Below are positions 25,815 through 34,316 of a stretch of DNA of 48,003 bases, piece by piece. Positions within the stretch are counted from its first letter, which is position 1, and every line of letters begins with the position of its first letter. This DNA comes from a virus. The position numbers and the translations under genes were made by a program. The DNA lies in IMG/VR virus record IMGVR_UViG_3300017421_000001, positions 1 to 48,003 of that record; one strand, written 5' to 3'. The notes under the pieces are model-generated. The model had not been told where the DNA came from, made no database searches, and was given only the letters and a program-made list of their open reading frames with translations.

Positions 25815-26090
25815 CTAGTCAAAGATGGAGTGTGACACCTCTTTTTCGCTGATGTTGAAGCGCTTGCTTATGAAGTCGATGACTTGCTTACCCGCAAGAG
25901 TGGGCGCCATCTTATGGCCCTTGCAGGTTAGGCAATGGATGCTCGGGGCGAGCTCATAGGTGTTGGTCTTGCGATACTTGCCGGTGCCGCCACAATCGGT
26001 GCAGGGCTCCTCCAGTGGCGGCAGTCCTGAGTTATGACCTTCTATCATTCTGCGTCCGTTCTGTTGCTGACGATCATAGATTGAAGGCAT
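25815..26090 (-). CDS. Small DnaJ-type zinc-finger protein (moron candidate)
   Basis: 91 aa. Motifs CTDCGGTG and CLTCKGHK. About 50% GC. Non-coding DNA on both sides. Confidence 0.6.
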   Translation of the reverse strand: MPSIYDRQQQNGRRMIEGHNSGLPPLEEPCTDCGGTGKYRKTNTYELAPSIHCLTCKGHKMAPTLAGKQVIDFISKRFNISEKEVSHSIFD

Positions 26091-26117
26091 TGCGGTGGCG
26101 TGTCTACGGACGGTTGA

Positions 26118-26591
26118 TCACATGGATGACCAGAGCACTCGAACGGGCAACACGCGGTAGGCCCCGTCCACATAGGCAGACATGGCCGCCGCATCTTGCG
26201 TCACTCGCAGCCGCGACGGCCCAAAACTCATGCAGGTGTCTGCCGGAAAGTGCGCGGCGATCTGCCCCCCAATCTCCTTGAGCTGAACGTGAGATACCGG
26301 CCTGGTGATCGGCCACTGCACCGTGATCATCAGCGTGCCGCTCCGCACATGATCAACCCCCGAGATGCCCATACGCTGCGGTTCATTAGTCACATCGCTT
26401 AACAGCAGGAACGGCATGGGTAGGCCGTGGTTATCCTGGCCCTCCTCATTGGGCGAAGGCCCTTCGCCTTCGGTATGCACTGGAGGGGTGATGACCTCGC
26501 CAGGATCAAAGCGCAGCATCGCGGGGCTAGTCACCAAAGTGTCGACACGAGCCTTGAGGGCAAGCCAGTCAGTCGTTTCGAGCGAGGGCAT
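26118..26591 (-). CDS. Tail terminator / tail completion protein (gpU/DUF4128-like)
   Basis: 157 aa, between the gp10-like gene and the major tail protein. Call rests mainly on position. Confidence 0.5.
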   Translation of the reverse strand: MPSLETTDWLALKARVDTLVTSPAMLRFDPGEVITPPVHTEGEGPSPNEEGQDNHGLPMPFLLLSDVTNEPQRMGISGVDHVRSGTLMITVQWPITRPVSHVQLKEIGGQIAAHFPADTCMSFGPSRLRVTQDAAAMSAYVDGAYRVLPVRVLWSSM

Positions 26592-27025
26592 TATCGGCCT
26601 CCCATCTTAGCGGCCTGACGCATAACGATCTCCGGCCACTTTGCTGCCGTCGCATCGGCAAAGCCAAAGCCGGCCTGGTTGTAGGTGCGACCCAAACTGT
26701 CCGTGCCGACGAAGCCAAAGTTCTGCCGCCGCGAGTAAGCGGCCTGCCAACCCAGATATACCGTATCGCCAGGCTCAATCGCCGCGATGCCGGATGTCAG
26801 AGCGGCATTGAACGGCCCTTCCTTGATGGTCGGAGGCTTGGTGTCGACGATGACAGAGCGCCCAAGGTTACCTGTCTTCACAGGCACCCGGCCACCGTTC
26901 GGCAAGGTGCGTCCTGCTTCGTTCGCAAGCTCTTGCACGCTGTTGCGCAGGAGGGCCGTAAGGTTGCCGGTGGCGGCACTGGCCCACACAAGCGGGTCTA
27001 TGCCGGTCCAGCCCTCCGCGCCCAC
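26591..27025 (-). CDS. HK97 gp10-like tail completion / neck protein
   Basis: VKTGNLGRSV and the overall pattern resemble the HK97 gp10 family. 1-nt overlap with the downstream gene. Confidence 0.65.
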   Translation of the reverse strand: MGAEGWTGIDPLVWASAATGNLTALLRNSVQELANEAGRTLPNGGRVPVKTGNLGRSVIVDTKPPTIKEGPFNAALTSGIAAIEPGDTVYLGWQAAYSRRQNFGFVGTDSLGRTYNQAGFGFADATAAKWPEIVMRQAAKMGGR

Positions 27026-27214
27026 TTACTTGGCCTTGGAAGCGGGCTTGCTCTCGGCAGCCTCAGCGGCTTCCTTGCGGTGGTCAGCACCTGCGTCGAT
27101 CCCGATCATGACCCGTAGGCCTTCTACGGTGATGTCCATCGCTTCAGCCATCTTCCCGTGCATGATCGCATCGCGAAGGGTCTTGCGGCGCTCTGAGCAG
27201 TCTTTGCATGCCAT
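27026..27214 (-). CDS. Hypothetical 62-aa protein
   Basis: Co-directional small ORF with CxxC at the N-terminus. Confidence 0.45.
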   Translation of the reverse strand: MACKDCSERRKTLRDAIMHGKMAEAMDITVEGLRVMIGIDAGADHRKEAAEAAESKPASKAK

Positions 27215-27226
27215 GGTACGTCCTCC

Positions 27227-28393
27227 TTACAGCCCGAAGGCCCAGTTGATGTCTTGCTGCCCTCGGCAGCGGCAATTCGCGTTGTTCTTCACGCCCCCGG
27301 CAGGATCGTGCGGGTACAGCATCACCGAGCCGTCAGGCAGGAAGAAGTACCCGCCTAGACCATCGACAGAGCGCCCATTCATGCTGAAGTGCCAATCGCG
27401 CGCGTGACGAATGCCGCCTTGGTGTATCCAGGTCTTGGTCACGGCATCGTCGGGGAGCCCGACCTTGTCGAGTGATTGTTTCGTGGCTTCGGCGCGGGCC
27501 ATCTCCACCCCCTGTGCAGTCTCGGTGCGAGCGATATCCTCAGCACGGCGGGCAAGCAGGCGATCGGAGTACTTCGCGGCCATCTCATCGACCTTATCAC
27601 GGGTCAGCGGGTTCGGCTTGCCAGCGGCGACGTCCCGAACAGCCTTCTTGATGGATCGATCAAAGCGGCGGTCACGAAGCGTCATGCCAGTGCCTTCCTT
27701 CCACTTTCCGTCCTTATCAAAGCTGCCCAGCACCTTGGCCATCTCATCAGGGTCGTCCGAGAGGAGGCGCTTCCGCATGCTGTCGACATAGGTCACCTGC
27801 GGATCGGACAGACCGATGATACCTCCCTCGCGCTTGCCGCTGAGAGGGTTGATGCGGCCGGCGATGTCAGTGGCGATCGTCTGAGGACCTTCTCCACGCT
27901 GAAAGCCGTCTGCGATGACCTTGCGCGCTTCCTCGATCTGCTCGTCAACGTAGCCTGCAACACGCGAAGCCGCCTCAGTCCTGATCTTCGCCTCGGCGCG
28001 CGGGTTGGTCATGTCGAAACGAAACTGGATGACGGTCGGATTGCCACCATCAAGCGCAGCGGGGAGCGGGACAGGCGCGCGTGGACCCGCTGGCCCTCTA
28101 GATCGCAGATCAGGGCCATCACGCTTGAGGACAGCAGTGCGATCGTCGGTCAAGCCGCGAGATACGACCGCACCAGCTTGGGCAAAGGCTGACTGCCGCT
28201 CCACCGCGTACTGCGAGAACGCGCCTGGCTCTATGTTAAGTGCGTCGATCGCTGCGTCGATGTCGTTACGGCGCAGGGCCTCCACAAGCGCAACGAAGTC
28301 GATGCCCGAGCGCAGCAACAGGACCGCCGTCAGAAACGCCGCAAGGAGTGCAGGCTCAAGATCCTGCAGCAGTTGGTCAAGCTCGTCATCCAT
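27227..28393 (-). CDS. Minor head / head morphogenesis protein (Mu F / SPP1 gp7 family)
   Basis: The C-terminal TWIHQGGIRHARDWHFSMNG...NANCRCRG matches the Phage_Mu_F signature. Confidence 0.8.
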   Translation of the reverse strand: MDDELDQLLQDLEPALLAAFLTAVLLLRSGIDFVALVEALRRNDIDAAIDALNIEPGAFSQYAVERQSAFAQAGAVVSRGLTDDRTAVLKRDGPDLRSRGPAGPRAPVPLPAALDGGNPTVIQFRFDMTNPRAEAKIRTEAASRVAGYVDEQIEEARKVIADGFQRGEGPQTIATDIAGRINPLSGKREGGIIGLSDPQVTYVDSMRKRLLSDDPDEMAKVLGSFDKDGKWKEGTGMTLRDRRFDRSIKKAVRDVAAGKPNPLTRDKVDEMAAKYSDRLLARRAEDIARTETAQGVEMARAEATKQSLDKVGLPDDAVTKTWIHQGGIRHARDWHFSMNGRSVDGLGGYFFLPDGSVMLYPHDPAGGVKNNANCRCRGQQDINWAFGL

Positions 28394-28396
28394 GAC

Positions 28397-28792
28397 TCAC
28401 CTGCGAGCCACAAATTGGATAGCGCACGCCGTACCTGCCGCTGGAATATTCTTGCATGACAGGATCGTCACCGGCGAACCGTCCACCTCGATGGTATCGG
28501 TCGGCTTATATGATCCCGACCATGGCGCAACGGTAAGAAGCAGATCGGTCGCAACGATCTGGCCGCCGTTCTCGACAGGTGCCCCGACCATCTCCTTGCC
28601 GACGCCGCGCGCTACACCGTCAAGCGGCGTCACCTGACGCACAGGCTCAAGCGGCGCATCCCATAGATTTGGCGGAGGTGGGGCAGGCGTATAGCGCACC
28701 AGCTCGATCTTGCCCTGACCCAGGCCGCCCTTGTTCGTCGGCGCAAGTAGCCGCTGAGAGGTGGCCCGCATCCTGGTGTAGATGTCGGCCAT
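28397..28792 (-). CDS. Hypothetical head-tail joining region protein
   Basis: Start taken at ATG 28792 (track: 28858), just after the upstream stop. Confidence 0.45.
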   Translation of the reverse strand: MADIYTRMRATSQRLLAPTNKGGLGQGKIELVRYTPAPPPPNLWDAPLEPVRQVTPLDGVARGVGKEMVGAPVENGGQIVATDLLLTVAPWSGSYKPTDTIEVDGSPVTILSCKNIPAAGTACAIQFVARR

Positions 28793-28793
28793 G

Positions 28794-29615
28794 TCAGCTA
28801 CCAAGGCTCCACATGAAGGCACCGCCGGACTGATCGCAGATGAACTGTCGAAGGGCACCGTCTATAGCAGGGTCGACGAAGCTCACTGCCGCACCCGTGG
28901 CTGACTTGCCATCGTCGAAGTATTCCACCTCGACCGCGCCATCTACCTTCTCGCGCCGCACGCGTTCGCCAGGGGTGACAGCCGAGCCGAACAAGATGCC
29001 TGGCGATGATGCCTCAAGCCATGCCGCCCGGTAGCTGGCATTCACCACAGCAAGCGGGATCACATCATCCGCGATTGCGATAGTGCAGTTCAGCGATGCG
29101 CCGGTGCGCGGCCAGCCATTGGCCTGATTAACCCCATCTGTGCGTTGGCCCGACCACATCTCTTCATACAGACTATCGAGATAGGCCGAACCGCGAGCGC
29201 GTAGCACTGCTGGGCCTGGGCTATCCGATGGCAAGGTGTAACCCATGCTTGCCAGCCACAGGCCAAAGCTGATGTCGTCACCGTACCCTGGGAACAAATC
29301 CGGCGATGCCGCCGAGCCGAATGTATCAGCGGGCCGGATACCTAGAAGAATGCTTTCCTCCAGCTTGCGTCCGGCGCTCGTCTGTATCTTTACATTAATT
29401 AGATTGGTTTCGCCCCCCTCTCCACCTGCGAGGAGGTAATCGACGTAGCCGCTTGTAGCTGTGGCAGGAAAGGTAGATTGATTGATCACAACCGTGCCAA
29501 TGGCAACAGTCGCATCATATGCTGTGGCGGTTTCACCAGCGTCCAACAAGGCGGCGAATTCGTGTCGCCGCGTATCAATCTCTTGAGGAGCTTTGGGCAC
29601 CCAGCTGATAGCCAT
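28794..29615 (-). CDS. Head-tail adaptor-like protein with an N-terminal beta-rich domain
   Basis: C-terminal MWSGQRTDGVNQANGWPRTGA resembles the gp6/DnaT_2-type adaptor. The N-terminal KAPQEID...TSAGRKLEESILLGIRP pattern is common in phage virion proteins. Confidence 0.4.
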   Translation of the reverse strand: MAISWVPKAPQEIDTRRHEFAALLDAGETATAYDATVAIGTVVINQSTFPATATSGYVDYLLAGGEGGETNLINVKIQTSAGRKLEESILLGIRPADTFGSAASPDLFPGYGDDISFGLWLASMGYTLPSDSPGPAVLRARGSAYLDSLYEEMWSGQRTDGVNQANGWPRTGASLNCTIAIADDVIPLAVVNASYRAAWLEASSPGILFGSAVTPGERVRREKVDGAVEVEYFDDGKSATGAAVSFVDPAIDGALRQFICDQSGGAFMWSLGS

Positions 29616-29624
29616 GTATTTCTC

Positions 29625-30782
29625 CTATCGCCCGAGAGACACGGCTAGGCGGCTGCGTCCGAAGCTCGCGCTTACGCGTCGCAGGTAAGCACTGTGGGCG
29701 GTTCGGCGCTCGGGCGAATATAGCGGGCCGTTCGGTGCCCCAATCCCTGATGCGGCGGCGATGACGCCAATTAGCGAGACATTAGCCGAACCAGCAACAG
29801 CAAGTTCACCGCCTGCGGTTGCGATGAGCGGAGCCAGGATTGATACTGATTCACCGGCCAGCCTGATCGCGCCGTTTGCACTGCTTGAAAGCGGTGAGAG
29901 CGTGAGGGCTGCGGTGCCCTCGATGGCGGCTTGTGCGGCAAGACTTCCGGATGCTGACCCGGTGAGAGCCGCCAAACCGCCCGCAGCTTGCCCTCGAACA
30001 ATCAGCGAACCCGATGCAGCCCCGCTTGCTGCCAGCAAAGCGGTGTAAGATGCGGCGGCGATCGTAACCGCACCGCTAGATGAAGCAGCTAGTATCCCGA
30101 GCACCGCGGCCGCGCTTGCAGACAGCAGCATCCCGCCCGCAGCTGAGCCCGTCAGGCTGGCAAGCGCGGATGATGCCTGACCGATTACGCCAGATGCGAC
30201 TGCGGCACGGATCTCAATGCTGGAGGTGCGATAGCGGAAGCCGGTGCCACCGCCCGTCACGGCAGACCAAGACGTGACTCCGCCGTTTGTATCGTGGCCA
30301 GCTACTTCGGCGCTGGTTCCAATGATCTGGTCAGAACGATTGACCGAGCCGGATGGTGGCGTTTCAACAGGTTGGCTGGCAACGCGAATACCGACGAACG
30401 ATGCCACCCATGACGTGCCATCGGTGTTTTGTAGCGTCAGCGCGGGATAGGTAACGGCGGCGATATTTGTCGCGGTTGCGCTGGCACCGATCGGTATCGA
30501 TTGATCTGCACCGCGATAGACGTGAGCGATAACACCGGTTGCGTTAGTCCAAGAGCCCGATGTTTCAGATGACGATGCGGCAATCTTATAACCGAGCCGA
30601 TGGCCTTGTGTATTGGCGGCGCTGTTTTGGCCTCCTGCCGTTGTGTAACCAGCAGGCAGCGCTGGCGCGAGGCTAGCGCTATCGTTGTAGGCAAATATGA
30701 CAATGAGATCGCCAGCGACATGCGAAGGCAAAGCGACGTTATCTGCCGCTGCCGCCGTTTGTCCAGTAAACGAAATCGCCAC
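29625..30782 (-). CDS. Hypothetical protein with an Ala/Ser/Gly-rich repetitive C-terminal half
   Basis: 385 aa. Globular N-terminus, then reiterated ALTGSASGSLAAQAA-like segments. Confidence 0.5.
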   Translation of the reverse strand: MAISFTGQTAAAADNVALPSHVAGDLIVIFAYNDSASLAPALPAGYTTAGGQNSAANTQGHRLGYKIAASSSETSGSWTNATGVIAHVYRGADQSIPIGASATATNIAAVTYPALTLQNTDGTSWVASFVGIRVASQPVETPPSGSVNRSDQIIGTSAEVAGHDTNGGVTSWSAVTGGGTGFRYRTSSIEIRAAVASGVIGQASSALASLTGSAAGGMLLSASAAAVLGILAASSSGAVTIAAASYTALLAASGAASGSLIVRGQAAGGLAALTGSASGSLAAQAAIEGTAALTLSPLSSSANGAIRLAGESVSILAPLIATAGGELAVAGSANVSLIGVIAAASGIGAPNGPLYSPERRTAHSAYLRRVSASFGRSRLAVSLGR

Positions 30783-30796
30783 CGCGCCGGCCTAGA

Positions 30797-31204
30797 TCAA
30801 GCGTTCGCGTCGGTGAGCGAGTACGCCGAGATCGAGAACGCCTGCCCCAACGCAAACGAGGTATTATCGACCGTCATGTCACCACCGCCGCCTGTAGCGG
30901 TCACAGTGCCTTGGACGTGGCAGGTCGTGCCGTCGCTGGTGTAGATGCGATAGTGCGCCGCCGTGCCCGTCGCGTCGGCACTGGTGTCCTCCCAAGTTCC
31001 CGACTTGGCCTTCGTACCGCCCGATGCGGCGGCCATCCAGTCAGCCGGCAGGTTAAGGGTGGCCAGCACCGTACCCGAGTCGGCAGTGCCGCAGCTCGCG
31101 GGGGGAGCGCCGGTCCTGATCTTGAGGATGGCGGACGTGCCAGTTGCTGCTTCGATAGCGTCAAGGCGAGCATTGCGAACGGCAGTGGATAGCTGGATGG
31201 TCAT
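30797..31204 (-). CDS. Conserved phage hypothetical protein (135 aa)
   Basis: STAVRNARLDAIEAATGTSAILKIRTGAPPAS matches a widespread phage family of unknown role. GGAGAT SD. Confidence 0.55.
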   Translation of the reverse strand: MTIQLSTAVRNARLDAIEAATGTSAILKIRTGAPPASCGTADSGTVLATLNLPADWMAAASGGTKAKSGTWEDTSADATGTAAHYRIYTSDGTTCHVQGTVTATGGGGDMTVDNTSFALGQAFSISAYSLTDANA

Positions 31205-31216
31205 GGCGATCTCCGG

Positions 31217-31300
31217 TCAGTTGATGAGGGCAATGATGGTGGCCCAAAAGATGAGGGACACGGCGAGAGCGGAGATGAGACCGTAACGGCGCACGGCCAT
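31217..31300 (-). CDS. 27-aa membrane micro-protein (below the ORF-track cutoff)
   Basis: Sequence MAVRRYGLISALAVSLIFWATIIALIN. Starts 1 nt after the upstream stop. Confidence 0.35.
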   Translation of the reverse strand: MAVRRYGLISALAVSLIFWATIIALIN

Positions 31301-31301
31301 A

Positions 31302-31820
31302 TCAACTTCCCGGCAGCGCGAGGACATCGAACTGCACGCCAGCGGCAGCGGTGGTCAGCGGCGCTACCACGGCCCCCAAAAGGCTGACGGTGACAGCCTG
31401 GGTCGACCAGCACTTGATCGTCGCACCCGTCACGGTGACAGTTCCAGTCACGGGAAGGCATATGGGAGCCTGGAGCGCGTTCGAGGCAACATAAGGCGTC
31501 ACCGTCAGCTTGGGCACAGAGGGCATCTCCGGCCACGTAACTACCCCCGTCCCGCCTGTCGCGGTTACGCCAGACACGGTCCGCGAGATGCGCGGAGCCT
31601 GAGCATCAATCGGGCGATACTGTGGCGAGCTTCCCACTGCGCCTGCCGTAGACATGTCAGCAGGCGGGACGCTCGTAGCCGGCTGCGGAATTTGCGACTG
31701 GACCGCCTGTACTTCGGCCTTGGTGGCGATTGTTGCCGAGTCCACCGCAGGGGGCGGATAGACGACCTGTCCGAAGGCGGGACTGGCGGTCAGCGCGAGG
31801 AAGACTGCGAGCCTCTTCAT
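31302..31820 (-). CDS. Secreted 172-aa protein (Sec signal peptide)
   Basis: MKRLAVFLALTASPAFG|QV. Pro/Thr/Val-rich mature part with two Cys. Confidence 0.6.
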   Translation of the reverse strand: MKRLAVFLALTASPAFGQVVYPPPAVDSATIATKAEVQAVQSQIPQPATSVPPADMSTAGAVGSSPQYRPIDAQAPRISRTVSGVTATGGTGVVTWPEMPSVPKLTVTPYVASNALQAPICLPVTGTVTVTGATIKCWSTQAVTVSLLGAVVAPLTTAAAGVQFDVLALPGS

Positions 31821-31821
31821 G

Positions 31822-32202
31822 TCACTGCCTCAGCGTCTGAACGCAGGTGATCATGCCCGCTGCACCATAAGCGGTTACTGCATTGGCCGGCGGCACCGGG
31901 AACATGTAATATGCGCCGGCAGCGCTAGTCGCCCAGTCGGGGGTGGTGTTCGCGGTCGTGCCCACCGTGGCCTGCGTAAGTGTGCCGCCATTGAAGCCGA
32001 CGCCGACGCCCGACACTGTGAAGAACACTTCGGTGCGGATGACCTCCGATGCCGGGGCAGGGCAGATAGCAGTGCTGGTGTTCGCCACCAAGTTGGTCTT
32101 GGTGATGACGCGGTTCGTCGGCCCAGCCACCTGCGCCAGAGCCGGCAGGCACAAGAAGGCCGCGACACCCGCGACGGCCTGTAGGATACGTCGAAGGGCC
32201 AC
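31822..32202 (-). CDS. Secreted protein (Sec signal peptide), about 126 aa
   Basis: AAGGAG (plus-strand 32210..32215) lies 7 nt before GTG 32202, giving MALRRILQAVAGVAAFLCLPALA|QV. The ORF track uses GTG 32220. Confidence 0.6.
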   Translation of the reverse strand: MALRRILQAVAGVAAFLCLPALAQVAGPTNRVITKTNLVANTSTAICPAPASEVIRTEVFFTVSGVGVGFNGGTLTQATVGTTANTTPDWATSAAGAYYMFPVPPANAVTAYGAAGMITCVQTLRQ

Positions 32203-32225
32203 GGCCTTACTCCTTGTCACAAATG

Positions 32226-32804
32226 TTAGGCGGGGCGCTTGGCGTCCGGCGATGCTTCGGTGATGGCAGCACGTGTCACGGCCTTACCGGTGATCTCGGC
32301 CACGGCATCAACTGCGGGCAGGCCAGCGGCGGTCCAGTGCGCGTCGGTCTTGGCATCGAGCATGGACACAGCGGTCTTGATCTCGTCCGCCGTCGCCGCT
32401 GCGCCCGAGCCATCGCCCTCTTCGTACACCCGCAGCTTGAGGTTCAGCGCCTCAATCTGCTCGTTGGCGTGCTGGAGGTCGGCCTCTGCCTTGTCGGCAC
32501 GGGCAGTCACGGCGCGCAGATCCAGCTCGTGCTGGTGCGTCACCTGCTCGATCTTCTCCTGAGCCTGCTTGCCGATCTGGTTGCGGATGCGGCCTTCCTC
32601 AGTGCCATCATCCTCGGCAACGATGAACTCGGCGCCTTCCTTGGGCTCTTCGCCCACGATGACAGCGCGGCCGACCCAACCGGCGGGGAGGTCCGAGTCC
32701 GTTTCGAACTCGTGACCGATCGGGTACTCGCCAGACGGATTGTCGTCGGTTGGCTTGAGGCCATGGATGCCCGAGCCGGTGATGCGGATGCGATGTTTGC
32801 CCAT
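32226..32804 (-). CDS. Hypothetical 192-aa protein with a central coiled coil
   Basis: Overlaps the capsid gene stop. No motif recognised. Confidence 0.55.
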   Translation of the reverse strand: MGKHRIRITGSGIHGLKPTDDNPSGEYPIGHEFETDSDLPAGWVGRAVIVGEEPKEGAEFIVAEDDGTEEGRIRNQIGKQAQEKIEQVTHQHELDLRAVTARADKAEADLQHANEQIEALNLKLRVYEEGDGSGAAATADEIKTAVSMLDAKTDAHWTAAGLPAVDAVAEITGKAVTRAAITEASPDAKRPA

Positions 32805-33850
32805 TAGACGTTCACCGAGTAGCCGACCGCGGTGCGGCCATTGAAGTCGGCGCGGATCTCGATGCCCAGCGCGCCAGCAAGATCGAACTGGTAGTTCGCA
32901 CGAGGACGATCACGCGGGATGGCGGTCGTGGTGACGGCCATGCCGACGATCGGGCGAATGTAGTCGGCATTGGGCACGAACCAGAAGAATTCGTTGCCGG
33001 TCAGCTCGAACGTGACTTCGATCTTGTTGATGCGGCGGTTCTTCAGCAGGAAGTCGCGGACTGTGCCGTCCTTGAAGCCTGCCGAGCCCGAATAGGTCTT
33101 GTCCCATGCCCGCGCGATCTCGGGCGAGATGTAGAGGTTGACGCCACCGGTGATGTAACTGCCGTCCAGCAACGCGCCGAAGGGGCCGTTGAAGAACGTG
33201 TCCATGGCGTCGGGCGTGGCCGTCGTCATGTTGATGTTGAACCCGCTTGCGCCAACGTTGATCGGCTTGGAAAGCGGGTGCGTGCGGATGCCGTAACCCT
33301 GATAGCCCTGGAAGACCATCGTGGCGTCGCCGTTCAGCACGTACAGCGCCATGTCGCGCTTGATCTTGGCGGCATGGGCCTCCTGATCGTCTGCGAGCGC
33401 GTCGAAGTTCTCCGACTGCAGCGTGTTCCACTCGCGCCATTCGCGACCGTAACCGGTCAGGAACATGGGAACGAGCGTGCCGCGGTAGTCGTAGGTCACC
33501 TTGTCGAGCGGCACCGGGTTCTGTCCGCTGATGGAACGAACGACACTGCCAGCATCAGAGGCAACACGGTTCAGGTGGACGATCTTGCCGATGTTCACCG
33601 GCTTGGCCAGCGGCATCAGGTCATTCATCCAGGCGGCGCCTTCATCCGAACGCATAACGCGGCGGGTGATGTTGTCCATGTCGAGCCAGGCGTCGCGCGG
33701 AAGCACGGAGGCGGCATTGCCGATACCCTCGTACTCGGCCAGCGCATCCTCCGTGACCTGGAAGTGGTCGCGGATGCCCCACATTTCGGCATTCCATGCG
33801 CCGTGCTGGCGCGGGTGGGCGGCGATCAGGGCTTCGTCGAAGTAACGCAT
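32804..33850 (-). CDS. Major capsid protein
   Basis: ATG 33850 is preceded by AAGGGGA (track: 33892). About 348 aa, downstream of the portal/protease/decoration genes. Confidence 0.75.
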   Translation of the reverse strand: MRYFDEALIAAHPRQHGAWNAEMWGIRDHFQVTEDALAEYEGIGNAASVLPRDAWLDMDNITRRVMRSDEGAAWMNDLMPLAKPVNIGKIVHLNRVASDAGSVVRSISGQNPVPLDKVTYDYRGTLVPMFLTGYGREWREWNTLQSENFDALADDQEAHAAKIKRDMALYVLNGDATMVFQGYQGYGIRTHPLSKPINVGASGFNINMTTATPDAMDTFFNGPFGALLDGSYITGGVNLYISPEIARAWDKTYSGSAGFKDGTVRDFLLKNRRINKIEVTFELTGNEFFWFVPNADYIRPIVGMAVTTTAIPRDRPRANYQFDLAGALGIEIRADFNGRTAVGYSVNV

Positions 33851-33863
33851 GTCGGTGGTCCCC

Positions 33864-34313
33864 TTACGCCGCTGGCAGGTTGGTGTTGGCAACCCGCACG
33901 GTGACGAGCTGATCGGCGCCGCTCGTGTTGTTGTAGGTTTCGAGCGCGTAGAACAGGATACGCTGTCCGGTGGTGGCCTTGACCAGCTTGCCGGCGGCGC
34001 TGGTGGTCAGGTTGTCGCCTGCAACAAGACTCTGACCGGTCGGGACACGGCCAGCGTAAAGTTCATCGTCCTGCGGGTGCAGAGCCACGACACGGTCACC
34101 AGCAAGCCAAGCGTCATCAACGCCCTTCATGGCCAAGTAGTTGTCCTGCACCAGGTAGAACGCGCCAGGCGTGTTGGCACCAGCCTGAGCGAAGTTCGCG
34201 CCGCTGATCACCACCACGGTTCCGGGCAGGACAGCGGCGGCACAGATGGCCTCGCGCACCTGGGGCTTGTTCTTGTCGGCAGGGCCGCGAAAGATCTTGT
34301 TGTAGCGCGCCAT
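33864..34313 (-). CDS. Head decoration / capsid accessory protein (DUF2190-like), tentative
   Basis: 149 aa, between the protease/scaffold and capsid genes. Confidence 0.45.
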   Translation of the reverse strand: MARYNKIFRGPADKNKPQVREAICAAAVLPGTVVVISGANFAQAGANTPGAFYLVQDNYLAMKGVDDAWLAGDRVVALHPQDDELYAGRVPTGQSLVAGDNLTTSAAGKLVKATTGQRILFYALETYNNTSGADQLVTVRVANTNLPAA

Positions 34314-34316
34314 GGA

